Shown in pieces: positions 37,811 to 47,026 of a DNA stretch of 64,000 nucleotides (position 1 is the stretch's first letter; every line of letters starts with the position of its first letter). The position numbers and the translations under genes were made by a program. Where the stretch lies: assembly GCA_032123335.1 (NCBI GenBank), contig JAQBFN010000020.1, positions 7,540-71,539 of the forward strand. The letters run 5' to 3'. Source of the DNA: Candidatus Micrarchaeota archaeon. GTDB lineage: Archaea; Micrarchaeota; Micrarchaeia; Anstonellales; Bilamarchaeaceae. The notes under the pieces were generated by a model, which did no database searches, had not been told where the DNA came from, and saw only the letters and a list, made by a program, of their open reading frames with translations.

Positions 37811-39064
37811 CTACTGCTTCTTCGGGACTACATCCAGCACGACACCAGCCGCAACTGTCTGCCCCATGTCCCTGATTGCGAACCTTCCGAGCGGAGGGAA
37901 TTCTGCATACTTCTCAATCACGATGGGCTTGAGTGGCTTGAACTTAACCACTGCAACATCACCGGTCTTGATGAAGTCTACTTTTCCTTCCTGGCCCTTC
38001 TTTTCCACAATCTCAATAATCTTAGCTGCAAACTGTGCAGTGTGGATGTGAAGCACGGGTGTGTATCCCACAGAGATTGCAGTCGGGTGGTTCAGCACAA
38101 CTACCTGTGCAGTGAACTCGTCTGCAACTGTTGGCGGGTTTGCAGAGGAACCAAGAACGTCTCCCCTCCTGATGTCCTTCTTGTCTACACCCTTTACGTT
38201 GAATCCAACGTTGTCTCCGCACTTTGCCTCAGCCATTTCCTGGTGGTGCATCTCAATTTTCTTCACTTCACCAGTTGCTCCGGAGGGCATGAACACAACC
38301 TTCTCGTTAACCTTCATGGTTCCAGTTTCAATACGCCCAACAGGCACGGTTCCGTGCCCGGTGATTGTAAATACATCCTGGATCGGGAGCCTGAGCGGCT
38401 TGTCCATAAGCTTTGCAGGCACAGTAAAGCTGTCCAGTACAGTGAGAAGTGCCGGTCCCTTGTAATAAGGGGTGTTCTCAGAGTTCTTTGAAATGTTGTC
38501 TCCCTTGTACCCGGATGTCGGGATAAAGACGAGCTTGCTTACATCATAGCCCATTCCTTTGAGGAGCTTCTCGAGTTCTGCCTTGACCTCATTGTACCTT
38601 GCCTCATCATAGTTGATTGCGTCCATCTTGTTGATGAGGACCATAAACTGGCCGATTCCGAGCACCTTTGCAAGGAACGCGTGCTCCTTGGTCTGGGACT
38701 GCACACCATCTTTTGCAGAAACCACGAGGGCTGCTGCATCTGCCTGGCTTGCACCTGTAATCATGTTCTTGACGAAGTCTCTGTGGCCGGGTGCATCGAT
38801 AATCGTGTACTCATATTTGTCCGTAGTGAACTTCTTGTGAGACACATCGATGGTAACTCCCCTTTCACGCTCTTCCTTGAGAGTGTCCATCTCATAGGCG
38901 AATTCGAAGGTCGCTTTACCGAGCCTCTCCGCCTCCTCCCTGTACTTCCTGAGGGTCTGTTCAGAGAGCGCCCCAGTCTCGTAAAGGAGCCTACCCACAC
39001 AAGTGGATTTACCTGCATCTACGTGGCCAATAAACACTATGTTCATATGTTCTTTTGCTGCCAT
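37811..39064 (-). CDS. tuf: Translation elongation factor EF-1 alpha
   Basis: [45 protein letters not shown]. Confidence 0.98.
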   Translation of the reverse strand: MAAKEHMNIVFIGHVDAGKSTCVGRLLYETGALSEQTLRKYREEAERLGKATFEFAYEMDTLKEERERGVTIDVSHKKFTTDKYEYTIIDAPGHRDFVKNMITGASQADAAALVVSAKDGVQSQTKEHAFLAKVLGIGQFMVLINKMDAINYDEARYNEVKAELEKLLKGMGYDVSKLVFIPTSGYKGDNISKNSENTPYYKGPALLTVLDSFTVPAKLMDKPLRLPIQDVFTITGHGTVPVGRIETGTMKVNEKVVFMPSGATGEVKKIEMHHQEMAEAKCGDNVGFNVKGVDKKDIRRGDVLGSSANPPTVADEFTAQVVVLNHPTAISVGYTPVLHIHTAQFAAKIIEIVEKKGQEGKVDFIKTGDVAVVKFKPLKPIVIEKYAEFPPLGRFAIRDMGQTVAAGVVLDVVPKKQ

Positions 39065-39229
39065 TTATATTCACCTATATATAATTTATTCTATAACATT
39101 TGCTTTCTACGTGCAGATGCACGAAAAGTAAGCATAGTGGTTATTAATAGACAGTCTTTTAAATGTTCCCCAGAGCCTCTCTCCTGCATTCCCCACCACC
39201 CTTATAATTCTATTTTCCTTATTCTCCAT

Positions 39230-40345
39230 ATGGTGGATGATATTTACCTTAATAAGCCAGAGGAATTGTTCGAAGCCCTGGAGCGCGAGCTTGAAGACCC
39301 GGAAAAGGTCGTCGCAGTCCAGATGGCTCCCGCAGTCCGCGTTGCAATCGGAGAGGAGTTTGGCTACGCCCCCGGAGAGGACCTCACCAAAAAAACGGTG
39401 GGTCTCCTGAAGCAATTGGGTTTTGACCATGTTGTAGATACCCCCCTCGGCGCAGACGTCAACATTTATGAGGAAGCCTACGAAATACTCCACGCCCTGG
39501 AGCGCAACGACGAAGATTACTTCCCGGTATTTAACTCCTGCTGCATCGGCTGGAGGCTCTACTGCTCCCGCACCCACGAAGATATCTGCAAGCACATCTC
39601 CCCCATTGCCTCCCCCCACATGATTACGGGCAGCATCATAAACCACTACCTCCAGAAGAAGCTGGGCAAGCCCCGCAAGGAAATCATTTCCGTAAGCGTA
39701 ATGCCCTGCACTCTCAAGAAATATGAAACTCTGGAGCGCTTCCCGGATGGAGATCCTTATGTGGACTATGTCCTCACCACCCGCGAGCTCGCTGATTTCG
39801 CAAGAAAGAAGGGCCTGGACCTGAAAACCGCCCCAGAATCTGAATTTTCCGAGCTCCTTCCCGACTCTTCCAAGGATGGAGTGGTGTTTGGAGTGACCGG
39901 AGGCCTGGTTGAAGCCCTCCTCACGACCCTTGCACACATCCTGGAAGTTGAAAAGGAAAACGAGCATTTCTTCCGCAATGATGATGAAATCAAGGAGCGC
40001 GAAGTAAAGCTCGGAGAATACACCCTCCGCGTAATCTCTGTCCACGGTTTCGCAAACCTGGAAAAAGTCCTAAAGGAAATCGAAGGCGGAAAGAAATTCC
40101 ACTTTGTAGAGGTAATGAACTGCCCATATGGGTGCGTTGGCGGCCCTGGCCAGCCCCTCCCCGTAACTGAGGAAAAGCTCAAGGCCCGCGCCGCAGGCCT
40201 TCGCAAGGCCGCGGACAACAAGGACACAGTTGCCACAGTTCCCCAGGAAAACCCCACGGTCCAGAAGCTCTACCGCGAGCTTTTAGACCGCCCGGGCTCT
40301 GAAACCGCACGCAAACTCTTATATTTCCATAAGGTCAAACTATAG
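39230..40345 (+). CDS. hydA: Minimal monomeric [FeFe]-hydrogenase (H-domain plus fused small-subunit segment)
   Basis: APAVR; L1 FNSCCIGW; L2 MPCTLKKYE; L3 EVMNCPYGCVGGPGQP; PQENPTVQKLY; no ferredoxin domains; ATG at 39230. Confidence 0.85.
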   Translation: MVDDIYLNKPEELFEALERELEDPEKVVAVQMAPAVRVAIGEEFGYAPGEDLTKKTVGLLKQLGFDHVVDTPLGADVNIYEEAYEILHALERNDEDYFPVFNSCCIGWRLYCSRTHEDICKHISPIASPHMITGSIINHYLQKKLGKPRKEIISVSVMPCTLKKYETLERFPDGDPYVDYVLTTRELADFARKKGLDLKTAPESEFSELLPDSSKDGVVFGVTGGLVEALLTTLAHILEVEKENEHFFRNDDEIKEREVKLGEYTLRVISVHGFANLEKVLKEIEGGKKFHFVEVMNCPYGCVGGPGQPLPVTEEKLKARAAGLRKAADNKDTVATVPQENPTVQKLYRELLDRPGSETARKLLYFHKVKL

Positions 40346-40360
40346 AGTAGGTGCTGTTTA

Positions 40361-40594
40361 GTGTTCAAACTCAAGGTTCAAGACAAACGGGATGATAGCA
40401 AAGGTTCCGGAAGCAAACCTCCCCTTCCAACGAGGAGTGCAGAACAAATTCTCAGGGAGTCAAAAGAAAACCCCGGAATGCAGCGCATATGGGCATTCAT
40501 GAAGGGCGTCAAGCCTGAGCCCGAAGACATTTTTAACGGTGATTACCTCATGGGCGATAAGCCTCCCAAGGGTACCGGGTTCAAGCTAAAGTAA
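40361..40594 (+). CDS. Small hypothetical protein
   Basis: GTG start after an AGGTG SD; 77 aa. Confidence 0.4.
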   Translation: MFKLKVQDKRDDSKGSGSKPPLPTRSAEQILRESKENPGMQRIWAFMKGVKPEPEDIFNGDYLMGDKPPKGTGFKLK

Positions 40595-40656
40595 TATTCT
40601 CCACCTTTCCCCACCCATCCCAACCTTTATAACTATTCCTGCACAAATATTCCTGT

Positions 40657-40971
40657 ATGACCACTACAAGAAGCAGCGTTCCGCCTGTTCCTACAGCTAC
40701 GGTCCCAGGACCGATCAAAGCAGGAACAATGCGCAGGCCGCTCGGAAAGAAACCCGATTCAGATCGGAATGAGCCTACTCTTACTGAATTGAAGGCAAGG
40801 CAGCCTCTCCCAGGAAGCTTCTCCGACACTTACCCTAAAGCAACCGATGATGATTGTGAAGGAAGGTGCGATTGCTGGGGCGATAATAACCCAAGGCTTA
40901 CAAAAGAAGAAAGGGAAGATTTGGAAGATCGCTTAAGTTCCCACAAGGCGCCTTATGACCTGGGGAACTAG
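40657..40971 (+). CDS. Small hypothetical Pro-rich protein
   Basis: TTTATAA box upstream; 104 aa with CEGRCDC. Confidence 0.45.
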   Translation: MTTTRSSVPPVPTATVPGPIKAGTMRRPLGKKPDSDRNEPTLTELKARQPLPGSFSDTYPKATDDDCEGRCDCWGDNNPRLTKEEREDLEDRLSSHKAPYDLGN

Positions 40972-41495
40972 CTTCCCATTATTCTTTTTCCCATTCCAAT
41001 TAACACAATTCCACCAAGAGCGGTAGCTACCTGCAGTGCGCCCATCGGAATCAACAATGCTTCCGGCAGCACTCCCGCAGCAAAAAGAAAATATGCCGGA
41101 AGGAATATCGCCCCCGCTTTCAGGAACGCAGAAACCGCACCAGCTTTCCAGAATCCCATTCCTGCAAAATGCTTTATCCCGTACACAAACAGGAAATTCC
41201 CAATCCAGATAAACGGAACCAAATACACAAGGAAAATTGTAAGGGGCCCAAACAACAATCCATTCGCAATCGCCCCAATGCTCGGAAGCAATATAACCGG
41301 AAGCACACTATTTCCTCTCATTCCAAGCGCAGCAAAAACAAGCAGCGCATTCACCACGACCCCCGTAAGGATTTGTGGATGAGGAAACAGGAAAGGAATC
41401 GCGAATGCAATAAACGAAATCACAATCAATTGCACAAAATCCTTTCCAGCTGAAAATGAGTATTCCCTTTTTTCCAGAGTAGTGCAAATCTCCAT
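40968..41495 (-). CDS. ECF-transporter S-component-like membrane protein
   Basis: 5-6 TMs; PQILTGVVVNALL, PFIWIGN, QVATALGG pattern. Confidence 0.6.
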   Translation of the reverse strand: MEICTTLEKREYSFSAGKDFVQLIVISFIAFAIPFLFPHPQILTGVVVNALLVFAALGMRGNSVLPVILLPSIGAIANGLLFGPLTIFLVYLVPFIWIGNFLFVYGIKHFAGMGFWKAGAVSAFLKAGAIFLPAYFLFAAGVLPEALLIPMGALQVATALGGIVLIGMGKRIMGS

Positions 41496-41787
41496 GCCCC
41501 CACTACTCAAGCTGATTTTATAAATGTTGATTCTTCCTGCAAATAAGTTGATTCTTTGGAGCTAGAGCTGTCCGCTAACGCGGGCTAAGCTCCAAAAAAT
41601 CAGTAGAAAGAGAAGGAGATGGTAAACCCGCGAAGGCTCCATCTCACCTCCCACACGACCTGCAAAGCAGGCAACCTAGTATTCCACACTTCATTTATAT
41701 ACCCACCGTTTCTATTCGGAGAAAGTTCCCCGCGTTTCCCCACGAAAATTCCAAAATGTTTATATTCCTTGCTTGCTAGTTTCTCTC

Positions 41788-42927
41788 ATGAACAGGGCCC
41801 TGTTATTTACAGCTATCATGATTTCACTTTTCCTTATTGCCGGATGCCCCGGCGAAGAGAAAACACCAATCCCTTCAGAAGAAGAACCCACAATCTCCGT
41901 TGGAGGGTGGGTGGCCGAAGTCGAGCCCTCCTACGAGGAGGAAAAAGCCCAGCTATCCGAAACCGCCCTGCAAGAACAGGATACCTCCTATTGCTTCAAG
42001 CTCCCCGCAAATGAGCGCGACGACTGTATCCTGCCTCTTTCCAACGATTCCCTTTCCAACTGCATCCAGCTGATAAAATACGATAACAAAAGAGAATGCC
42101 TTTTCTACCATGCATACAAGGATGAAGACATGTCCATCTGCGATCTTATGAGCGAAGCAGACAAGGCAGAGTGCATCGAATACCTCTCCCCCCCATGCAC
42201 ATTCGTGCTGGACCCTGAAGAAAAGGGAAGGTGCCTTGCTTTTGAATACATGAATTATACTTATTGCAAAGATGAGGAATGCTACCTGGATTATGCATTT
42301 GAGAACAGGGATGCAGGCGCATGTGAAATGCTTGAATATGCAAAAAGGGAAGGCTGCCTCAGCTCCCTGGACTATGAAGACAGGTGCAAGGGCCTGGATG
42401 AAAAGTCTTACAAATATCAATGCTACTACATCTTTGCATTGGGGGAAGGCAACCCCACCCATTGCTATTTCATAAACGGGGTATATGAAACAGAAATCGC
42501 TTACCAGTGCTTCACCCACTTTGCGGTGACGGATGGCAACCCTGCACTGTGCGAAGCAGTTGCTGTGCTGAATAGGTGGGACTGCTACACTGACTATGCA
42601 TTGGAAACCGGAAACAAGGAAGGCTGCTATGCAATAGATACCCGCGCCCCTGTTTCCAGGGAAAATTGCTTCAAGGAATATGCCTATGCATATGACGATC
42701 TTGCTTCCTGCAATGAAATAGACACTGAATTAGTGCGCCAAATATGCTATTCCGCGCTCATATTCAGCGCAGAGGAACTCACAATGACTGAGTGCAATTC
42801 AATCTGGCTCCCGGACTGGAAAGACAAATGCTACCAGGAACTGGCAAAGCTGGAAGATACGAAAACCTACTGCAACTATATAGAAGGCAATGGAGTCAAG
42901 GAGAACTGCCTTTTAATGTTCAATTAA
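41788..42927 (+). CDS. Cys-rich repeat lipoprotein
   Basis: Lipobox LIAGC; about 12 repeats of C-x(8-12)-C-Y/F-x2-Y/F-A. Confidence 0.8.
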   Translation: MNRALLFTAIMISLFLIAGCPGEEKTPIPSEEEPTISVGGWVAEVEPSYEEEKAQLSETALQEQDTSYCFKLPANERDDCILPLSNDSLSNCIQLIKYDNKRECLFYHAYKDEDMSICDLMSEADKAECIEYLSPPCTFVLDPEEKGRCLAFEYMNYTYCKDEECYLDYAFENRDAGACEMLEYAKREGCLSSLDYEDRCKGLDEKSYKYQCYYIFALGEGNPTHCYFINGVYETEIAYQCFTHFAVTDGNPALCEAVAVLNRWDCYTDYALETGNKEGCYAIDTRAPVSRENCFKEYAYAYDDLASCNEIDTELVRQICYSALIFSAEELTMTECNSIWLPDWKDKCYQELAKLEDTKTYCNYIEGNGVKENCLLMFN

Positions 42928-42950
42928 AATTAGAATATTAAAAAATAAAA

Positions 42951-43817
42951 TTATTCGGAAGATTTCTCTTCCGCTTTCTCTTCTTTAGGCTTAGCAGTTT
43001 CTTTCTTTTTTTCCGGAGTCTTTTTCTCTTCCTTTGCCTTTTCAATTGCTTTCTTTGCCCTCTCTTCCTCTCCGCCTTCCTTCTTCTTTTCCTCTCCTTT
43101 CTCTTCTGCCTTTTCCTCAGCTGCCTCTTCCTTTGGAGCTTCTTCTACAGGTTTCTTCTTTTCGGTTTCTTCCTCAAACTTTTCAAAGTAGTCCATCCTG
43201 TACTCAAACTCATTGTAGGACTTGATTTTCCCCTGGCTCATCATGAGCTCCCTTGTAAGAAGGTAGAACAAAATCGCGAGGCTTCTCCTTCCTTTGTTGT
43301 TTGCAGGCACAATCCAGTCCACAAATGCAGTGTTATTGTCAGTATCACAGAGCGCAACCACAGGAACTCCGGTCATCGCAGCTTCCCTGATTGCTTCCCA
43401 TTCACCCTTCGGGTCACATACAATAAGCAGCTTCGGCTCCCTGAAGTTCGGAAGGTTCACATTGGTCATTGTCCCGGGCACAAACCTGCCCCTAAGGATT
43501 CCAACGCCCGTAAGCTTGGAGAACTTTTCCGCAGCATTCCCGGAGTAAAGCCTTGAAGCAACCACAAGCACTTCTTCCGGCTTGTACTTTCCGATGAGTT
43601 TTGCCGCTTCCCTTAGCCTTTCATCAATCTTCCTCAAGTCCAGGATGTACAATCCATCATCCCTCATCTTGAAGACGAACTTCTTCATATCCGAAGTCTT
43701 GAACCTCGTCCCGATATGTATTCCCGTTTCCAGGTATTTTTCCTGTGGAATGAGGTATGATGATTTTTCTTCTTCAACTTTTTCAGTTTTTTCTTCAACT
43801 TTTTCTTCGTCTGCCAT
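42951..43817 (-). CDS. rps2: 30S ribosomal protein S2 with Lys/Glu-rich C-terminal tail
   Basis: GIHIGT, GRFVPGTMTN, FREP, ALCDTDN, PANNKG. Confidence 0.96.
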   Translation of the reverse strand: MADEEKVEEKTEKVEEEKSSYLIPQEKYLETGIHIGTRFKTSDMKKFVFKMRDDGLYILDLRKIDERLREAAKLIGKYKPEEVLVVASRLYSGNAAEKFSKLTGVGILRGRFVPGTMTNVNLPNFREPKLLIVCDPKGEWEAIREAAMTGVPVVALCDTDNNTAFVDWIVPANNKGRRSLAILFYLLTRELMMSQGKIKSYNEFEYRMDYFEKFEEETEKKKPVEEAPKEEAAEEKAEEKGEEKKKEGGEEERAKKAIEKAKEEKKTPEKKKETAKPKEEKAEEKSSE

Positions 43818-43840
43818 TTTTCTCACCGTTTGAAAGATTT

Positions 43841-43913
43841 TGGGGCCGCCGAGATTTGAACTCAGATAACATGCACCCCAAGCATGCAGGATACCAGGTT
43901 ACCTTACGGCCCC
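43841..43913 (-). tRNA. tRNA-Pro (GGG)
   Basis: Acceptor GGGGCCG/CGGCCCC; CATGC-TTGGGGT-GCATG anticodon arm; located between rpoN and rps2. Confidence 0.92.
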
Positions 43914-43925
43914 AATTTAACTTCC

Positions 43926-44123
43926 TCACATTTTTCTGTACTTTTTGATTGCCTCCATGCCGTCTACGTGCCCCAGGAACATTCTCCTGCAACAGTATCT
44001 GTCTACTCCCAGTTCATCGAGTATCTCGACAGCGGGTTTGTTTGCTTCAAGCCCGGCCGTATACTTCTCGTACAGGTCGCCAATCACGGCGCCGCACGTA
44101 AAACACCTTACTGGAAATTCCAT
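43926..44123 (-). CDS. rpoN: RNA polymerase subunit N (Rpo10)
   Basis: FPVRCFTCG...RYCCRRMFL. Confidence 0.96.
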   Translation of the reverse strand: MEFPVRCFTCGAVIGDLYEKYTAGLEANKPAVEILDELGVDRYCCRRMFLGHVDGMEAIKKYRKM

Positions 44124-44127
44124 AGTT

Positions 44128-44772
44128 TCACCTGTATGATTTCTGGTTTCTCGCCCTAGCCTTGGGCCCCATGTACTTCTTGGGCTCAACCCTCCTCGGG
44201 TCTTCCCTCAGGAGGTAAGTGTCATCTTCCTTGTACTTTGCAATAACACTTTCTCCGAAGTACTGCGCGAGAGCTTTCGCAATAGCGGTCCTGCAGGCCT
44301 GTGCCTGCCCCATTTCTCCGCCTCCGTGCACCTTCACGCTCACATCAACACTGAGCCCGTCCGGACCAATGAGCGCGAGCGGCTCAGCAACAATGCTCTT
44401 GAAATATTTATTCCCGAATGAAGAAACGAGCTTGCTGTTTACCCTGATTCTCCCGGAGCCTTCCCTTACGGTCGCCCTTGCAATCGATCTCTTCCTCTTT
44501 CCCCTTGAGTGCTCAACACGAACACTTTTCTTTTTCTTCTTGGATTTCCTTGCCTTCTTTGGCTTGGGGGCTTCCTTTTTGGGCTCCTCTTTTTTCACTT
44601 CAGGCTTAGGTGCCTCCGGCTTCTTTGCTTCAACTTCCCTGGGCGCATCAACCTTCCTCTCTTCCTTTTTGGGCTCCTCCTTTCTAGGAGCATCTTCCAT
44701 CTTAGGTGCAGCCTTCTTCTTTGTTTTATTCCTGGCCGGAGCCTTCTTTTTTGTTTCTTTCTTTTCTGCCAT
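44128..44772 (-). CDS. rps9: 30S ribosomal protein S9 with long Lys-rich N-terminal extension
   Basis: GKRKRSIARA, GGGEMGQA, DPRRVEPKK, QKSYR. Confidence 0.95.
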   Translation of the reverse strand: MAEKKETKKKAPARNKTKKKAAPKMEDAPRKEEPKKEERKVDAPREVEAKKPEAPKPEVKKEEPKKEAPKPKKARKSKKKKKSVRVEHSRGKRKRSIARATVREGSGRIRVNSKLVSSFGNKYFKSIVAEPLALIGPDGLSVDVSVKVHGGGEMGQAQACRTAIAKALAQYFGESVIAKYKEDDTYLLREDPRRVEPKKYMGPKARARNQKSYR

Positions 44773-44777
44773 AATCA

Positions 44778-45200
44778 TCACCTGGACTCGTATCCGAGCA
44801 GCTTGCAGAGGTCTTTCACCTTTATGTACTTGGTGAGCGTTCCTACATCAGCACCGTCAATCCTTATGGGCTCTCCCTTTACATCCGCAGGCTTGCCCAT
44901 GTAAACCCTGAGCTTCTTGTACGCATTCCTGCCGGTTGCTTTCTTCCTTGGAAGCATTCCCCTGATTAATCTCTTCACGAACCTGTCCGGCACCTTTGGC
45001 CAGTACGGGCTCTTCTCGGGGTTTCCCTTGAACTGGAGCTGCCTCCTGTGAATGTACTTATCCACAATCTTCTGCGGCTGCCCCGAAATAACCGATTCCT
45101 CCGCATTGATTACCTGGATTTCCTCACCTTCAATAAGCTTTTTCGCCACAAAGGTTCCAACCCTTCCGATTCTTGCGTTTCCAGCGTCTATTACTATCAT
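44778..45200 (-). CDS. rpl13: 50S ribosomal protein L13
   Basis: IDAGNARIGR, INAEE, IRGMLP. Confidence 0.94.
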   Translation of the reverse strand: MIVIDAGNARIGRVGTFVAKKLIEGEEIQVINAEESVISGQPQKIVDKYIHRRQLQFKGNPEKSPYWPKVPDRFVKRLIRGMLPRKKATGRNAYKKLRVYMGKPADVKGEPIRIDGADVGTLTKYIKVKDLCKLLGYESR

Positions 45201-45209
45201 GATAATCAC

Positions 45210-45557
45210 CTACACAAGTATCCTCACATTTTTCCCTTCCGGGTTCGCCTTCATGAGCTCTTCAATGCTCAACAGCTTTCCGCCATTCTTCTCAATGAGC
45301 GCCTTTGCACTTCCGCTGAAAGAGAACGCTGCAACATCAACCTTCTTTGTAAGGTATCCAGCACCCAGCAATTTCCCGGGCACAAGGACGGTTTCCCCAT
45401 CGTTCACATATTCTTCCAGCTTGCTAACGTTGACTGCGGGCCTCCTTCTTGTAGGCTTGGACAGCTCTCGCGCTACCTTTTTCCAGATTTCCTTGTCAGC
45501 TTTCTTGAGCTCATATATGAGACCCAGTAGCTTCTTGTTTTCTATTCCGCTTTTCAT
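45210..45557 (-). CDS. rpl18e: 50S ribosomal protein L18e
   Basis: RRPAVNVSKL, VPGKLLGAG, VAAFSFS. Confidence 0.94.
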   Translation of the reverse strand: MKSGIENKKLLGLIYELKKADKEIWKKVARELSKPTRRRPAVNVSKLEEYVNDGETVLVPGKLLGAGYLTKKVDVAAFSFSGSAKALIEKNGGKLLSIEELMKANPEGKNVRILV

Positions 45558-45633
45558 CTAAAACACCTTCGCCTTTCGGCTCGCCCCATCCGGGACTGAA
45601 ATGAGTGTTGCTCTATATTACTATAAGAAAAGT

Positions 45634-45978
45634 TTATAAGTTCTTCTGAAGCTTCCCTCGAGCCCTAGCCTTCCTGATTTCCGGCCTCTTCACCTTTGGC
45701 TTCGGCATCCTTTTAGGGTCCATCATTGACCTTTTCTCAGGAAACATCTTCTTTGCTCCAACTTCCACCAATTCAAATTCACTCCCAGGCTTTGCCTTAA
45801 CCTCTTCATCTTCCCACTCCTCACTCGGCACGGGAGACCCCCTATACTCTGGCTCCTCCTTTTTCGGAGGCTTAAGATCCAAAGGCGCAAAAAGCACCTT
45901 GAGCTTCTCATCAATCCCCCTAAGAATAGCATTTAGCGTGAACCTCCCTCCCGGTAGCTCCATCTTTGGCAGTGCCAT
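45634..45978 (-). CDS. Hypothetical protein with basic C-terminal tail
   Basis: 114-aa ORF with AGGAG SD. Confidence 0.5.
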   Translation of the reverse strand: MALPKMELPGGRFTLNAILRGIDEKLKVLFAPLDLKPPKKEEPEYRGSPVPSEEWEDEEVKAKPGSEFELVEVGAKKMFPEKRSMMDPKRMPKPKVKRPEIRKARARGKLQKNL

Positions 45979-46063
45979 TACTCCTGAGTTATGCAGAAGA
46001 AAATTTAAACTAAACCCCTGTTTCCCCTTCCCCCTCGGGCTCCCCCATCCCCTCAGTTATATT

Positions 46064-46084
46064 TTTAAACCTTTTTGGTTTAAA
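46064..46084. promoter_or_regulatory. Inverted repeat TTTAAACC-N5-GGTTTAAA, probable operator
   Basis: Perfect 8-5-8 inverted repeat 10 bp upstream of the Lrp gene. Confidence 0.5.
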
Positions 46085-46094
46085 TTATGTCCAC

Positions 46095-46511
46095 ATGCTT
46101 GATACAACGGATATGCGCATATTGCACATGCTCCTGAAGAATGCCAAGGTTTCCCTTGCAGAGGTAGGCAAGGAGATAGGGATCTCCCAGCCCGCAGCCC
46201 GCAAGCGCTTAGAAAAACTCAAGAAAAAAGGCATAGTACTAGGAAGCACAGTAACCCTGAACGAGCGCAGGATTGGATGGGAGCGCGCCCTCCTCGCGCT
46301 GGCTATCTCCAAATTCAACTACCTCAAAACCCTGGACGCAATCCAATCCACCCCCATGGTAACTGCAGTCTACACAACCACTGGTCCCTACACCCTCGCA
46401 GTAGAGGTGCTCGGCCCAGTCGGCATCATAAAGGAAGTTACAAAGCACATTTCCAAAATAAAAGGGGTAAACGAGCTCTGCCCTATCACGTTCGTAGAAA
46501 AAATCAAATAG
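46095..46511 (+). CDS. Lrp/AsnC family transcriptional regulator
   Basis: LDTTDMRIL...SLAEVGKEIGISQPAARKRL; TTGPY RAM-domain motif. Confidence 0.9.
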   Translation: MLDTTDMRILHMLLKNAKVSLAEVGKEIGISQPAARKRLEKLKKKGIVLGSTVTLNERRIGWERALLALAISKFNYLKTLDAIQSTPMVTAVYTTTGPYTLAVEVLGPVGIIKEVTKHISKIKGVNELCPITFVEKIK

Positions 46512-46521
46512 GTGAAAGCAA

Positions 46522-47016
46522 ATGAAGGAGATCTCAATAGAAAACCTGGTGGAGTTGGCAAAAAAGCTTAATCAAGAAGGAAAGAAGTGGCATTTCCATA
46601 TGCTCACTCCGGATTGCGTTTTCAACAAGAGAAAAGACAAGTATGCAGTTGTCCTGGAAAACGACACCGACCGGGAGACCTATACTGTCTATTCGTACAA
46701 GCGCCACATGGGCACGTGCGAAGAGCTTGCCAAGCTCCTCTATGGAAAAGCAATCCTGGAAAAGGAAGCCCACCCCACCCCTCCGGGCAAAGGCATGAAG
46801 TCCATCCTGGAAAAAGCAGCCCGGATGACCAAGGACGGCCTTCCATGGCACCACCATATACTTTTCCCGAACTGCATCTTCAACAAGCACAAGGGCAAAT
46901 GGACCATTATCTTTGAAGACAGCGAAGAAGGGAAGGCCATGGAATCGGTTACCGTGCATGAACCGCTGGATGATGTAAAGAAGATAGAAATACTCTATTA
47001 CTCGCAGAAAAGATGA
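46522..47016 (+). CDS. Tandem-duplicated domain protein (WHxHxLxPxCxFN, twice)
   Basis: WHFHMLTPDCVFN and WHHHILFPNCIFN in the two halves. Confidence 0.7.
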   Translation: MKEISIENLVELAKKLNQEGKKWHFHMLTPDCVFNKRKDKYAVVLENDTDRETYTVYSYKRHMGTCEELAKLLYGKAILEKEAHPTPPGKGMKSILEKAARMTKDGLPWHHHILFPNCIFNKHKGKWTIIFEDSEEGKAMESVTVHEPLDDVKKIEILYYSQKR

Positions 47017-47026
47017 GGGGAAATAT

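Noticed and set aside
38681-39229. 183-aa N-terminal extension of the hydrogenase in the ORF track
   Set aside because: It overlaps tuf on the opposite strand and its promoter; ATG 39230 downstream of a TTATAA box is the plausible start.
41600-41680. Fluoride riboswitch-like GGAGATGG start
   Set aside because: The downstream pseudoknot and conserved elements were not found, and no fluoride exporter is adjacent.
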